Below are positions 38,992 through 51,487 of a DNA stretch of 64,000 bases, in pieces. The translations under genes and the position numbers were made by a program. This DNA is from Auanema rhodensis (Eukaryota; Animalia; Nematoda), in the NCBI GenBank assembly GCA_964057225.1, contig OZ059899.1, forward strand, positions 5,704,001 through 5,768,000, in the 5' to 3' direction. The notes under the pieces were generated by a model that saw only the letters and a program-made list of their open reading frames with translations, was not told the DNA's origin and searched no databases. Numbering within the stretch: position 1 is the stretch's first letter; each line of letters begins with the position of its first letter.

Positions 38992-40101
38992 CATAACTCT
39001 TGTTGATGTTTTGCGTTCATGACATATAATATTTGATATCTAGCGCATTCACAGAAGTTCCTCTGGCTAACTACAAGTAGTAAGCACTGTTTATACCTCG
39101 TGCACATCACTATACGTACAAGTCCAGGTTCAACAGAAATTAATGAACAATATCAAATTGTAGATGTCTACTACGGTTACAAACTCTTAAACTCTAAAAT
39201 CAATAATACAAAAATCAAAATATGTTTTGATGCTCATTCAAAGGATATTGTTATATCGTACTTTGCATAAGTTCAAATTGAAAGAAAAAACAAATTAAAA
39301 ATAAGAATAAATGAATCTAAACAGTTGAAATGAGGAGATCTTTAATATGACAAACACTTTGTGGCAGATTAAATGATTTAGGGAAACAAAGATGAGAAAG
39401 AAAATCCTTGAATTGTCCTTGTTGCTAGGTCTCTACTAGCTTTCAAACATACGATTTGAAATATTGTTCCATGTTCAACAGAAGGAAAACATCAAAGAGA
39501 ATTCAGAAAAAAAACAAAATCAATAGAATAGTTCATTTATTTATAGCAAGTTTTTGTGGTCAAAACGAAAACAAATAATGTGGCTTTAAGGAGAGGTTAT
39601 GCGAACTGCTAGGTCATGTCATTGGTATTCTGAAGTTGATGTAAAAGCTGACAATGAAAGGGAAGCTCAAGAGACTAATGAAAATGATCTAAATCGTTTG
39701 TGTAATAAAAGTAAATTTATACCCAAAGATCTTGAATTTCGGGGAAATAATTTGCACATTCTATATTTGGATAGATGGAACACGTACATATGCAGGTTGC
39801 CAACTGGAAATTTGCAACTCGTGGAAAAAAATCAGGTAATGATCTAAAAAGTTTCAACTAGAGACCAAAATTCTCTTACACCTTTTCAGAAATTTAAATT
39901 AAACGTGGATATATCCACATACATTCATGTTTCAAATATTGTAAATAGATTATACTAAGTAAAGGATTCTATACTTGATATGGCTTCTTCAGAAACCGAA
40001 GATTTAAGGAAAAATATTCAAGATAAAGAGTCTAAAATAATAAGGATTCTGCATTAATACGAATAGGATATCAAAGAGAAACACATATATAGCTACTAAA
40101 C

Positions 40102-40458
40102 CTTGATATCTCCAGTTCACAATGAGTCGTTCGAACTGAAAAGACGAAATTTCGGTCTTTTGGTTTATTCATGAAGTCATCAACTCCTACACACGACGAT
40201 GCTATATCATCTTCCTCATGCTTTTTCTGTTGCTCATTCTGAAGACTGGGAAACTGACAACGGTGCAACGCCTCGTTCTTAGCTGGACATGAAAGCTAAA
40301 TACAAGAATAGCCAGGAATTGACAAATGAGTAATGATACACACGATGTCATAATGTCTGGTTACGGCAAGGACCGTGATGATCGACGGTTCGAACAGTTG
40401 AGGATGATGATTGACGTCTACCACGTCATAATCTTCATTTTCATTTTCTCGTTGCCTT
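40102..40458 (-). CDS. Two candidate orphan exons (incomplete gene or relic)
   Basis: GC-richer island. An acceptor (tacag), a ~48 nt GT-AG intron and a donor (AG|gtttag) give RQRENENEDYDVVDVNHHPQLFEPSII...|LSCPAKNEALHRCQFPSLQNEQQKKHEEDD...ELEISR. No start exon found. Confidence 0.3.
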
Positions 40459-43423
40459 CTGTATTAGAATTTGTTCCTTTTTAATATAGCTTTAGCTTAG
40501 GGTTTAAAACTATGCATTATAATTCCAAAATCATTCATAGAATTAAAAATGCGAATGTGTATAATATCAAGAAAATAAGATGAAAAAGGCTAAATGTTAG
40601 TTTTAGTCACTCTAAATGAAAAAAATTGTTTTGAAGTTGGTGAAAACTCTTCAAGTTGAAAATGGTCCCGTCTAATTAGTTCCAAATTTCAATGAGAACA
40701 TACAGCATATATGTATGTATATAAGAGAAACGATTGGCTTCAACATTTCTCATAAAGTAATAAATATGTTGACTTGGTCTGATAAGAGATAAGTCATGAA
40801 ACGAAACAGAATTACAAATGTTACGAAGAAGTCAATTCCGTGACTTGATTTTTTTATCAGAAAAAAATCTCTACTTCCTGAACGAAGTAATGAAATCAGT
40901 GTCGTAAAATTATTTGATTTGAAATTTCTTACGGAAAAACCGGTTTAATATGTATATAGTTATATCTAATAATTAATCTCACATCTAATAATATTACCTT
41001 TATTACATGCGCATAAGTAGACGACGAGCAACATTGATAATAAGAAGTAAATTGAAATTTCAAAATTTTAAGCGAGTAGTAAGAAAATGAAACAAAAGCT
41101 ATATTATAAACATTATCAGATTAATATTGTTTTTCATACATCAGCATTCAACAAAAGCATTTTTCTTGGAGTTCATATAAAATGAAATGAGATTAAGCTT
41201 ATTTGTCCATAGTATGAATAAAAATTTCGGGTGAAATTGATATACTGACAGTTGTATTTGGACATGAGATTAAAGAATATTACTCTAGAAATCTCTCCCA
41301 TTTTCTAAATATATTTCCAAATCAAATCATAAACATCTTCAGATGACAAATGCTGTCGATTCAGAACTTCATAAAGTTGTAACCTCCAACATAAGAAAAT
41401 TAGAAATTAGAAAGCAAAGCTTTTAACAAAAGAAATCCAAGAAATGATCGGATTTTGGATTTTCTAAAGGTCTTAAAAGCTGAAAAATAATTAATTTTCA
41501 CTTGATGGCTTCATGTGGCAGATATTTCTTAATTAACTTAATGAAAAAGTTTTTCTGGTGATTCAAGCAACTGACATCATCTATGAAATATTTTCGAATG
41601 CGATATGCCGATTAACACAATACTTGTGAGGACATTTAAAGGAAAAATAAATTTGCAAAGTACAGGCACAGTATATGGAAGAAAAAGGGGTTTTGTAACT
41701 GTTAATTGACCTTTGATGATTACCAAATTATCAAGCATAGATTAGCATTATAGTTTTCATTATTGAAAAACGAACCACAATTTGCGCCTACTTATTTTAC
41801 GTATAACATAGATCTTGTATCCCATGAATCTTATGCAATAATCGGAGATTTATTCTTGCAATCGTTTTCTAATAAATGATAAATGAGAAAATAATTGAAG
41901 GTTCAGGTAAAGCACTGGGAAACAACAGATGTAAGAGTTAATAGGTGCCCACAGACTAATGATATATGAGAAGACGTATAACAATTTGAACAAGTTTATA
42001 CCTGTTGTAGGCTAGATATTAATAATTTTCAAAGAGTAAACGTATATAAGAACCGAAAGGCAGAAAAAAACTAGGAAAAATAAAATTTTTGAGATGTCGC
42101 TAGTTCAAAAAAAAATAAAATTTAAGGGTCCGCTTAGAATTTTTATAATGAAGTTTAAGATATTTCGAGAAATACTCACTTTAAAATTATAATAATATTA
42201 CAAACATCAATAAGATAAGGAAGTATGCTACCGAATAACATTTAACAAGTTAAATAAATATACAAAAACGTAATAAACATTTCTTTTTAAACATTTGCTC
42301 ATGCTCAGTAAGTTGTTAGTTTTTCTCCAATGGATTCTTGAAGCTCTTCTCTAACATATCTGAAAAAAAGAATAAAAAATTTGCAAGAGAAACTTGGGAA
42401 ATAAATAGCCTACAACTTAGATTTGTGTACAATTATTTATAAATATATTCAGTTTCATTTGGCTCAGTTTTGAATACAATTCATTATCCAACTTTAATAT
42501 CACATAATAGAATGTTCACATCTCTCAGGAGAACAAGTATTATTCTTTTGCAAATTTATTTCCATTTACATAGTTAAAATTATAAATATAAATTCCCAAT
42601 TGACTAAAAAAATTAAAGAAGCAATGTTCTGAAAAAAAACCATAGACATCACAATAGGCCATCACTTACATATCAATCGCAGCTGCAAATTCGTTTTATA
42701 ATTTAGAAGAATTTGCTCAATTTTCAAAATGAAAAATAAATATTGTATTTATAGGAGCCATTGAAGTCGTCAATGCCTCTCTCCACCACAAAATTTAATT
42801 CAGTACAGAGTATTCCTTACAATTTACCTCGAAATTCGAATAAAAAATAAAACTTTTATTGTGTCAAGCATTACTTTGCCACTAAAAAGAAAAACTGTAA
42901 AATTTCAAAATCTTTATTAATATATATTTATATATAAACGTATGAATATATTCAAAACATTAACGATCTTCTTTATATAAATGTCCTATCATTATAGTAT
43001 ATATATCTTTACATAAAGAGCTGCACTGCTTAATCCACTATATAAACGTGTGCAAGTTCGAATAACATGGATTAGAAAACTGTTTTTCCAAAGAACAGTT
43101 TTTAAATTTGCACGAACAGCAACATTTATAAATAATTTTAATATTATACTATCTCATCTCTACCGCGTTACGTTGTGTTAATGTATGATAAAAGCGCAAA
43201 CGCACTGTAGGTATAAATAACTTTATAGCTGATAAACGACGAACATGAGTCAGCTCTCATGGGATCAACCTGAACATGTGTTGGCTAACTGGTGACAAAT
43301 ATAATATCTTTGATACGTTTATAAATGATATAAGACGTATATCTTTATTTTTTTAATGTATAAGAAAAAAAGAAAAAATATTTACATAATCAGCCAGATA
43401 AAAACCTGAGTGGGATGATTAGT

Positions 43424-43440
43424 GGGGGGGGGGGGGGGGG
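43424..43440. repeat. G17 homopolymer (C17 on the transcribed strand), G-quadruplex-capable
   Basis: 17 consecutive G in otherwise AT-rich sequence. Confidence 0.95.
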
Positions 43441-43677
43441 TGTGTATGGAAATGGAAATAAGGGTGCATCAATAGAGAAAGGGTAAAATGCATTGTGGAG
43501 AGTTTTGAAAGTGTAAACAATGCTTACCACAGGCGAACCCGTATGTAAATATTAAACAAGTAATCAGAGTTTTCATAATAAATCCTATGGAATTTAACAA
43601 ACAAACATCACTGGGAACAGTAAAAACAACAGAGAGCAATAAAACGTATTAAAACTTCTCTGAAAATGAAAAAATAG

Positions 43678-44602
43678 TTACAAACTCATCATAGTGAAAG
43701 TGTCAGTTGTTGGAGGACTATCCTTATTCGGTGACTTTCGTTTCAATACATGTTCTTCGTAACCGTAGCAACAAGTTCCATCATCAGAATCATGAACACG
43801 ACGACGTTTAGGTGAGGTAGGCTCTTCTGTAAATATTAATGAATATCTTCAAGTACATGTAATATTTCAATCATTTTATAATAATATTCATAACAACATA
43901 CCTAAAAGTTTCATCAACACAGAGCTATTCTCTTTTGTTTTATGTTCAGCAGAATCAGCATTAGCAGGTAAATTATGCTTTCCTAATTGATCATTTTGAG
44001 ATGTCGTTTGTATAGTAGATGGCCGAATTTGCAAAAGATTACATGACTTTCCAGATGCAATTCGAAGCCTTTGGTCGCTGGTCAGACCGGAAATGACGTC
44101 ATTTTGTAGATTCATCGCAATTAGAATTCGAGATAGATAAAGAGCGTCTAAAATGAAAGTGATCTCAAGTCATGCATGTAGAATTTTAAAAAATAATGGG
44201 AAAATATTTACTTGTTGGGTCAGACGGATTCTGGAACGATTGACGGATTTTGTTAATCATTGCCTCAGCTAAAGAATCTCTCATTGAACTATGTTTTACT
44301 TCCGACCAAAAAGCTACTGGATCTACAGACAACAGCTTTAAAAATTAATAAAGCAAACAAAATAGCATACCTAACTGAAGAAGATTCAAAAGCTGCTGCT
44401 CAAGAGTATCCGGTACAGTAATTAGAAGATTGGACATATCATAGCCCAATTGATCTTTAGCACGAGCAACAGTTGAATTTCTAACTAGGGGAGGAATATC
44501 GTCAAAGTATTGAACTCCAGCAGCAGTAATAGTTAGTGGTGTGCAAATGTTTTTTTCTGATTTAATAATATGAGTTGATGGGAAGAATAACTGATTGACC
44601 AT
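43678..44602 (-). CDS. Uncharacterised ~250 aa protein with two LxxLL motifs and a basic NLS
   Basis: Four exons joined in frame by GT-AG introns: MVNQLFFPS...EQQLLNLLQL|DPVAFWSEVK...PT|NALYLSRILIAMN...SVLMKLL|EEPTSPKRRRVHDSDDGTCCYGYEEHVLKRKSP...MMSL*. tttcag lies 17 nt before the ATG; an upstream coding exon cannot be excluded. Confidence 0.75.
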
Positions 44603-47600
44603 CCAACTAAGCACAAGTTCTGAAATAAAACCCTTGTAATAGATGGAACTCAAATAATGGAAAAAAATGTCATGTGAAACGTTAAAAAGTGAATCAAGAT
44701 GTAATATTGAAGAAAGAGAAACTACGAACGACGAGGTTTCATTGTATTTACTTTGGAAGTAATGCCCGAGACACAACGAGAATTGTTCAATGACCTAAGC
44801 TAAGTGCAAAACAGAAGAGCAAATCTTGCTCAGTAATATGATCAAACCGAATGATCGAATTGATAGCAGACTCGTGCGTAAATCTGCGTTAACGTAAGCC
44901 TGCGTGAAAGGCGAAAAGCTCGGAATGCATGACCAAATGGGAGAAAAGTTTGAACCGTAAAAAGAAGAACAGCAGAAAATAAACCTAGTGCGAAGTAGAG
45001 GAAGGACGAGGACATTGTATCAGTTCATTGACTAGCTGTTGGCACCATTTGTCATCAATTCAAGCGATCTGCGTCGGCAAAGTGCATTTGGAAAAAATGT
45101 ACACGTGCACGTGCTGATTAGCATATTTGCACTTGCAACAGCTCATATGTTCTTCGGCTGAGCACTCATTCACTTTTCCTCTCGCTCAAACTGACAACGA
45201 AATGGAGAAACATTTGATTGTTCAGTGATGACGAGGACAACGAATAATTGAATAGAATATATTTGAAAAGGATTGTTGAACTCCAAGATATAGTTAGAGA
45301 AAATATGTGTAGAGAATATAACATGAGAATAAGAAAACTGAAGACAGATGGCACAGTACAATATTACGACAACCTGACCACATGCAAATAATTGGGAAAT
45401 TGAGGGAAGGATATGAAACGAAGATTTTAACAACGAAAATAGCAAGATAGGGTACAGACAAAGGTCGTACATATGCATGGAGACTGTTCAAAAACATGAT
45501 TCATTGAAAAAAAACAAAATTTTATATTCGGAAGGCATCACTAATAGTAGTAAAAATAAAAGCGTATTTCGCTACCTATTTAGAGCATAATCAATGAAAT
45601 GATATTATATATATATATATATATTGAGTGATGAGGAAGCCAATTTCAAATCGTATATATTTATGTATAAATGAAAATAATATGAACACTACTTTTATAT
45701 GAAATCTAATATGAAAACTAATAATCGAAATCTCCAATAATTGCGACACCACCTTTCTTCTAGAAGAAAATTAAAGAAAGAAAACGGAATTAAGCTAGTG
45801 ATTTAGATTAACAAAACCAAATATGTGAACCAAATTTGAAGCTCTGCAGTGCGGGGGACTGACAAGCCCGTTTGGGGCTGGGAAAATGTCAGATGATAGG
45901 GTAGGGGAGGAGAGAGAGGGGGAGAAGCGAAGAAGGACATATAGAAACGACTATAGCCATCCATTTCGATCAACTTTGGATTACGGCAAAGTGCACCGGA
46001 TTTCTCAATGCCGTCGTTTGCACTTTCTGCTATCTGGCTCGCTCTATGTGTATTTCTCGTTTAGTACATGGTCTTTCCTCGAATAGTGGAAGGTCTCGGA
46101 ACAAGTAATAGAAAAGGAAATGTGGAAAAGTAAAAGAAACCTAAAAGATAGAATTTAGAAAAAATATTGTGCACACACGAGAGAAATGGGACAACTAGAG
46201 AAATAAAAAGTGCGCAAGAGGTAAGACGGAAGGTAGTGGAAGGGCAAAGCAGAGACGAGAAGATTGGGCCAGACCGATGGAGTACGAACAGAGGGAATTC
46301 AGAATGTAAAGGACAGACGTATTAACAACAGCAAGTGCAGACCGCTTCAGCTCATAATTATCGATTAGAAAGTGACAAACACTAACTATATATGGTAAGT
46401 ACTTATAGATAACAGCTAAATACTAGATAGCCGATGAAACATTATCGGAAAGCCTCAACTAGTTTTTAAATAGTTGACTCAGGTTTTGAGGCGAGCTTGT
46501 TTTTTTCATTCGTTAATATCACTGTACTTGTAATAGCAGTGAATTTGCACGGCATATTGTGTTAGAGGCTGAAGTGTAAAACCGGAAAAGAAGAATTTAT
46601 ACTTTTCCTTCTACGGCATATTGTGATGAACTCTATATGAAAGAAAGCTTTCTGAATCGCAATATGTAACAAACTTGACCGTTTGTCGTCATAGAACTGA
46701 TCTTATAGGATTGCTGCAGCTGTACTTAGTTCTTCATCATTAAAGCAATCTACTTAGTACATTGAAGCGAAAAGATCGAATGAGCACTTATGAGTGCTTC
46801 AGATTTCAAAATGAACATGGTCACTCGAAGAATGAATTGGAAACAATCTTATTTAATGTTACAAATATTATTAATAAAAATAATTTGAATATTACTAAAC
46901 CTTTAAGACAGTTTTGTGCTTTAAAGCAGTGCAATCGCGAATGTACTTGCGATAGACTTTGATAAATCGTAAGAAGTCGATAATCTAGATAAAAGGAGAA
47001 ATTGATTTTAGTTTTATGAGAATAATGCGATCAGCCATGAAATTAAAACTGGGGAATTCAATATTTGGAAGATATGAAAATCATAGCAAAACCTATTTCA
47101 GACAAGGGGGGAATGTTTCTCTCCAAGCTCTTATAACTAGTGTGCAACCGCTTGTTGCACTTCTGCTGTAGAAAATGAAACGTTACGTTTCGGAGCATAA
47201 ATGAACAAATACGTGAAGTCAAAGGAAATTGTACTTTAATATATTTACTTTCAGAGGGTTCAAACGAATTATACGAAAAGATAGCATGATAATACAGTTA
47301 AGAATATACAAATGGCACTATCATCTTAATACCTTGAAGGAGGTACTTATTTTGAAAACTAAAAACTTGTATCTGAAAAAGAAATGATGTATGTTGTATA
47401 AAAGGTTGAAGAATGTGTTATAGGGTACACATGCACTTTGTGATATTGATTGAATTTCCATTATAATACTCTTCAATAATATGTTTTGATAGTTAATTTA
47501 GGTTGTAAGTAGGGGAAAATATGAATAATATCACGTAGGTTTATGATTAGTCTACAATCTATCTAGATTCAAATTATCTTTGCACCTCGTATTTGATGGG

Positions 47601-47773
47601 AGTACCGCATATAACTTCGCTCCAATGATAATTTCAATGAAACTCAGAAGTGAGGCTGCGTAACTGTATGCTTTGCTGGAACTTATTTTTAATTTCTTAT
47701 TTAGAGAGAAATATTAAGTAAAAATTTTGTAATAAGAAATCATACTAATAAATATTTGTTATAGAACAAGAAA

Positions 47774-48644
47774 ATGTTTCTTTTAATTTGTATGTTATTT
47801 TTAACATTAACAGAAGGTGGGTATTATACTATAACGATAATAGGTTCACATATATGAAAGTTACAGGACATGTTGGAGAATTACTATGTCGTAAGTGCGG
47901 TATGCTTATAACTATAGAATCAGAAATTGTTAATGTTACTGCTGAGGCGGACAAAACAAAGTATAAGTATGAGAAGTTATAAAGGATAGGGCATAATCAT
48001 TCTTTCGATTTTAGCTATGTTTTTCCCATAGTAGGAAGGAATGCAACTGTTCATGTTTTTGATAATCCTGCAGGTATTCAAACGTTTAAATGATTTCAAC
48101 ATAGAAAGTATGTTTAGGTGAAAGATTCCATGTAGCCACAGCCAACGCTGCATTTTTCAAGTTGGCTGGCGAAGTTTGTTGTTCATAAACAATTGATAAG
48201 AAACATTATTTTAGCGTTCTGCCCAATATAGTTGGTTCCCAGGTACGGATTGGACCACGTGTATGTGTAAATGTGGTCAACATTTAGGATGGTAATTATT
48301 TTACAATTTATTAAAGAAATATGTGTACTCTGATATTACTATATTTTCGCAGCTGTTTCTGAGTAAAAATCAAGTTTTAACATACCACATTTAATCTAAT
48401 AATTTAAATATGTTAGTAACCAATAGCAATTTGATTTACTTTAAACAGCGATGTTGTTATGTTATTCTAGGTACTTCCAACCGCTTCAATCGGACATACA
48501 AAGATTGAAGGGGTCTAACGAGAAAGGATTCGTTGGATTAGTTTTAGAAAATCTTATATCAGCAGATTGTAAGTAATTCACATTTAATATTATCACTTGG
48601 TACATTTTTCAGACGCGGATAGTTTGATCAAAGTTCCAGTTTAA
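47774..48644 (+). CDS. Secreted CULT-domain (cereblon thalidomide-binding domain-like) protein
   Basis: Signal peptide MFLLICMLFLTLTEVTG; LLCRKCG (Zn pair 1); FDNPAGERFHV; YSWFPGTDWTTCMCKCGQHLGWYF (three cage Trp, Zn pair 2); GFVGL. No LON-like N-terminal domain. Confidence 0.9.
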
Positions 48645-48945
48645 TTCAGCATAATTAACGCTCCCATTTTCATACACTATATACTTGCCGTTGTACGAGG
48701 TTTTCTTCAACCGGGTTCTTAGAAATAGAATTAATCGAATGATAACAAAAGCAATTTGATTTTATTGTTGTTGTTTTATACAAAATAAAAATACTCACTA
48801 TTCATCAAAACAAATAAATGGCATAATATTTAAATTATCACAACAATAAGGCAAATAGTCAGACTACTACAGTAATACACTCTTCCGTTCGCAAGATTCG
48901 TAAATCTTGGATGGCAATAAATAATCTTGTAGTAGATCATAAACT

Positions 48946-48970
48946 CCGCGAAATTTGAATTTTTCCGCGT
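48946..48970 (+). promoter_or_regulatory. CDE/CHR (E2F-DREAM)-like element
   Basis: ccgcgaaaTTTGAAt followed by ttttccgcg, ~170 nt upstream of the ATG at 49125. Confidence 0.5.
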
Positions 48971-49124
48971 ACGTTCATTCGGTTAGTCATAAAAGTCTGT
49001 TATGCGCATAATAGTTGCTTCTTCGTTTTCGTCACATAATCACAGATAATTTATTTAATGTTAAATATTTTTAACTTTCTAGGATAATAAAACTGAAAGA
49101 TTAACAAACTTCAAATCAAAGAAA

Positions 49125-50687
49125 ATGGTTCGCAGAAGATCTTTGTCAAGGTTTCCTATTTTTTTTGTATGTTTGTTAATTCGTACATTTTAGAAGTGCT
49201 ATTGCTAAAAGAAATTCAATGGCGAAATCTGTACAGTATGTTTTGCAAATTTTTGCATTTTTTAAGTAAAAGCTATTTTTAAGATCAGAGAAAGTTTCGT
49301 CTGTTGTTAAAAATGCACGTTCTAGTGCTAGGTAGGTTATACATAGGTTATAATATTCACACTTATTTTTTTGAAAGTCATTTTTAATTCACTTCTATTT
49401 CTTTAGAAAGCGATTAGACTTGGAATTTGATAACAGGTATCATTTAGCAAAAAAAATAGTCCTACTTCAATATTACAGTGCTCACGATGAAAGTAATCAA
49501 ACTAATGGCACATTCGTAGTGAAAGACTCTAGCATGAAGTGAGAACTTTGTTTTTTTTAATTTTGTTAATGTTTTTCCAATACAGAGGGCTCGACCTTCC
49601 TGATGTTAGTAAAATGGATCATATTGTTGAGATGGATGAAGTTAATACACCTGTCCCTGCAAAACCAAAGAGTAGCAAGAGGTTATCTGCAAGTGCTAAA
49701 AAAACTGTGAAAACTATTTCTAAGTAAGCTGCATAGCTCATTTTTTAGTGAATTTTTATTAATTTGCATGGTTATAGGGTGTCGGACGGTCCAATTCGTA
49801 AATCTACCAGAGAAAGAGTTCAAGTATCTTTGTTTAATACCGAACCGTAATAATGTTTGATTTACTTATGTTTGTACCTGTTTGTTTTCAGCGTACCAAG
49901 AAACCAACAAAAGAAGAAAAGGTAATATCTGTTTTTGAATACCTTATTTTTTTTTGTTATAGGACTGCCAGCGAAAAAAATGAAGACTCGACGAAGTCGC
50001 GGTTAGTACAAATTTAAAATATATACTTAAGTAGTTTCAGAAAGAGAAATTTATCAAAGGAAAAAAAAAGCAAAACTAATGAACAACCTGTCACTAAGAA
50101 ACCTAGGTGCATAATTTAAGATATATGTTAAATTTTGGTATTTTAAATGTTTAGAGGAAAAAACGCTGCTCCTAAGGAGCCTGTAGAAGATTTGAAACAG
50201 GCTTCTGTTACCAAGTGCGTATATTTGTTTTTTGTTGAAAACTTATGTTTTTTAGAACCCCTAAAAGCGAGAAAAAGAAGAAATCTGTTTCTATCAAATC
50301 TCCCAAGTCAGCTAAGGTGTCTGCGCAACCTGAGCAAACTGTGAAGTATACACTCTATCAAAAAAGACTTTAACATATAATGTTTAGAGCTCCTGATGTT
50401 AAAACTCCAAAAATGGGTAGACCAAAAAAAAATGCACCGGAATCTGCGAAGACTATTAAGGCAAATAAAGCTAAGGGGAAGATTGCTGCTGACAAAGTGG
50501 CATCCCCAAAGGCTTCAGAAAAGACTAAAGCGTAAGCGACCAAGTTTCTCTTGTACTTAATGAAGTATGTGTTTTAGTACGGCTAAAGACCAAAATCCAG
50601 AACCTAATGCCAAAAAGTGAGATCTTTAATATATGATACTTATATATAGTTTTCTTCAGGAGAAGAGGCAAAGCTGATATTATTTGA
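49125..50687 (+). CDS. Lys/Ser/Arg-rich basic protein built from many micro-exons, probably chromatin-associated
   Basis: MVRRRSLSR|SAIAKRNS...TPVPAKPKSSKR...IRKSTRERVQ...KTPKMGRPKK (AT-hook-like)...SPK...KRRGKADII*. Many 25-60 nt exons; no globular domain recognised. Confidence 0.75.
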
Positions 50688-51487
50688 ATATTGAGAGGCT
50701 CTTTTTTAGCCTTTAAAAGACTTTTACTAATACGAATAACCAATGTCTTTTCTGTAAATAAACGTTTCTGAACTCATTCTCTGAACATAATATATTGCTG
50801 TATACATCAATAGAGCTGGTCCGTCCTGTTCAGTTTCAAAGAAAACGTTGAACGAACAATTCTTTGTAATAGACTTCCATCAATTTCCTGAAGATTTAAG
50901 AGGAAAAATTACAACTTTAAGCTCGACACAATATAAGGTCTACCTGATGTCATATAGTGATGGGGTGGGCGTAGTTCAAGAGCTGAAAATCATCGAGGCA
51001 CATAAATTTTTCTATTGTTCTGGTTCCAATATGCATTAGTTTCTAGAACAAGTTGGACAACAATTGCCAAATATGACGGTACCCCATCATATTAGGTTGG
51101 CCCTTGCTTTCAGCTTGTTTCTCTCACTAAACATTTAACATGTCCAATGTGATACTGAGTCAAGTAGAGCACCTGCTAGTTCATTTGATAATGTGGTTCT
51201 ATGTATTTTAGCTTCTCCTGTGTTAATAGTTTCATATTTTGTTTCCACATGTAGATGCAGTTTTTTTATGGCCCTTGCTATACTTTCATAGTGAAATATG
51301 TTAATATAATATTATACAAGATATTTTTAGCTTAGCCATTTTGTCCTTATTGACGTGCTCCAATTTTTTTTGCTTAAATATGTCAAACAATTTAGGACAT
51401 TAACGTATATCATTATAATGTCTTGATGTTCGAACGTATATACGTATATTCTTTCGTCATTCAGCTTATTCTGCAGTTACAGGTATC

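Noticed and set aside
50790-50985. Apparent spliced exons on the minus strand
   Set aside because: All three frames hit stops within or just after the 39 nt exon.
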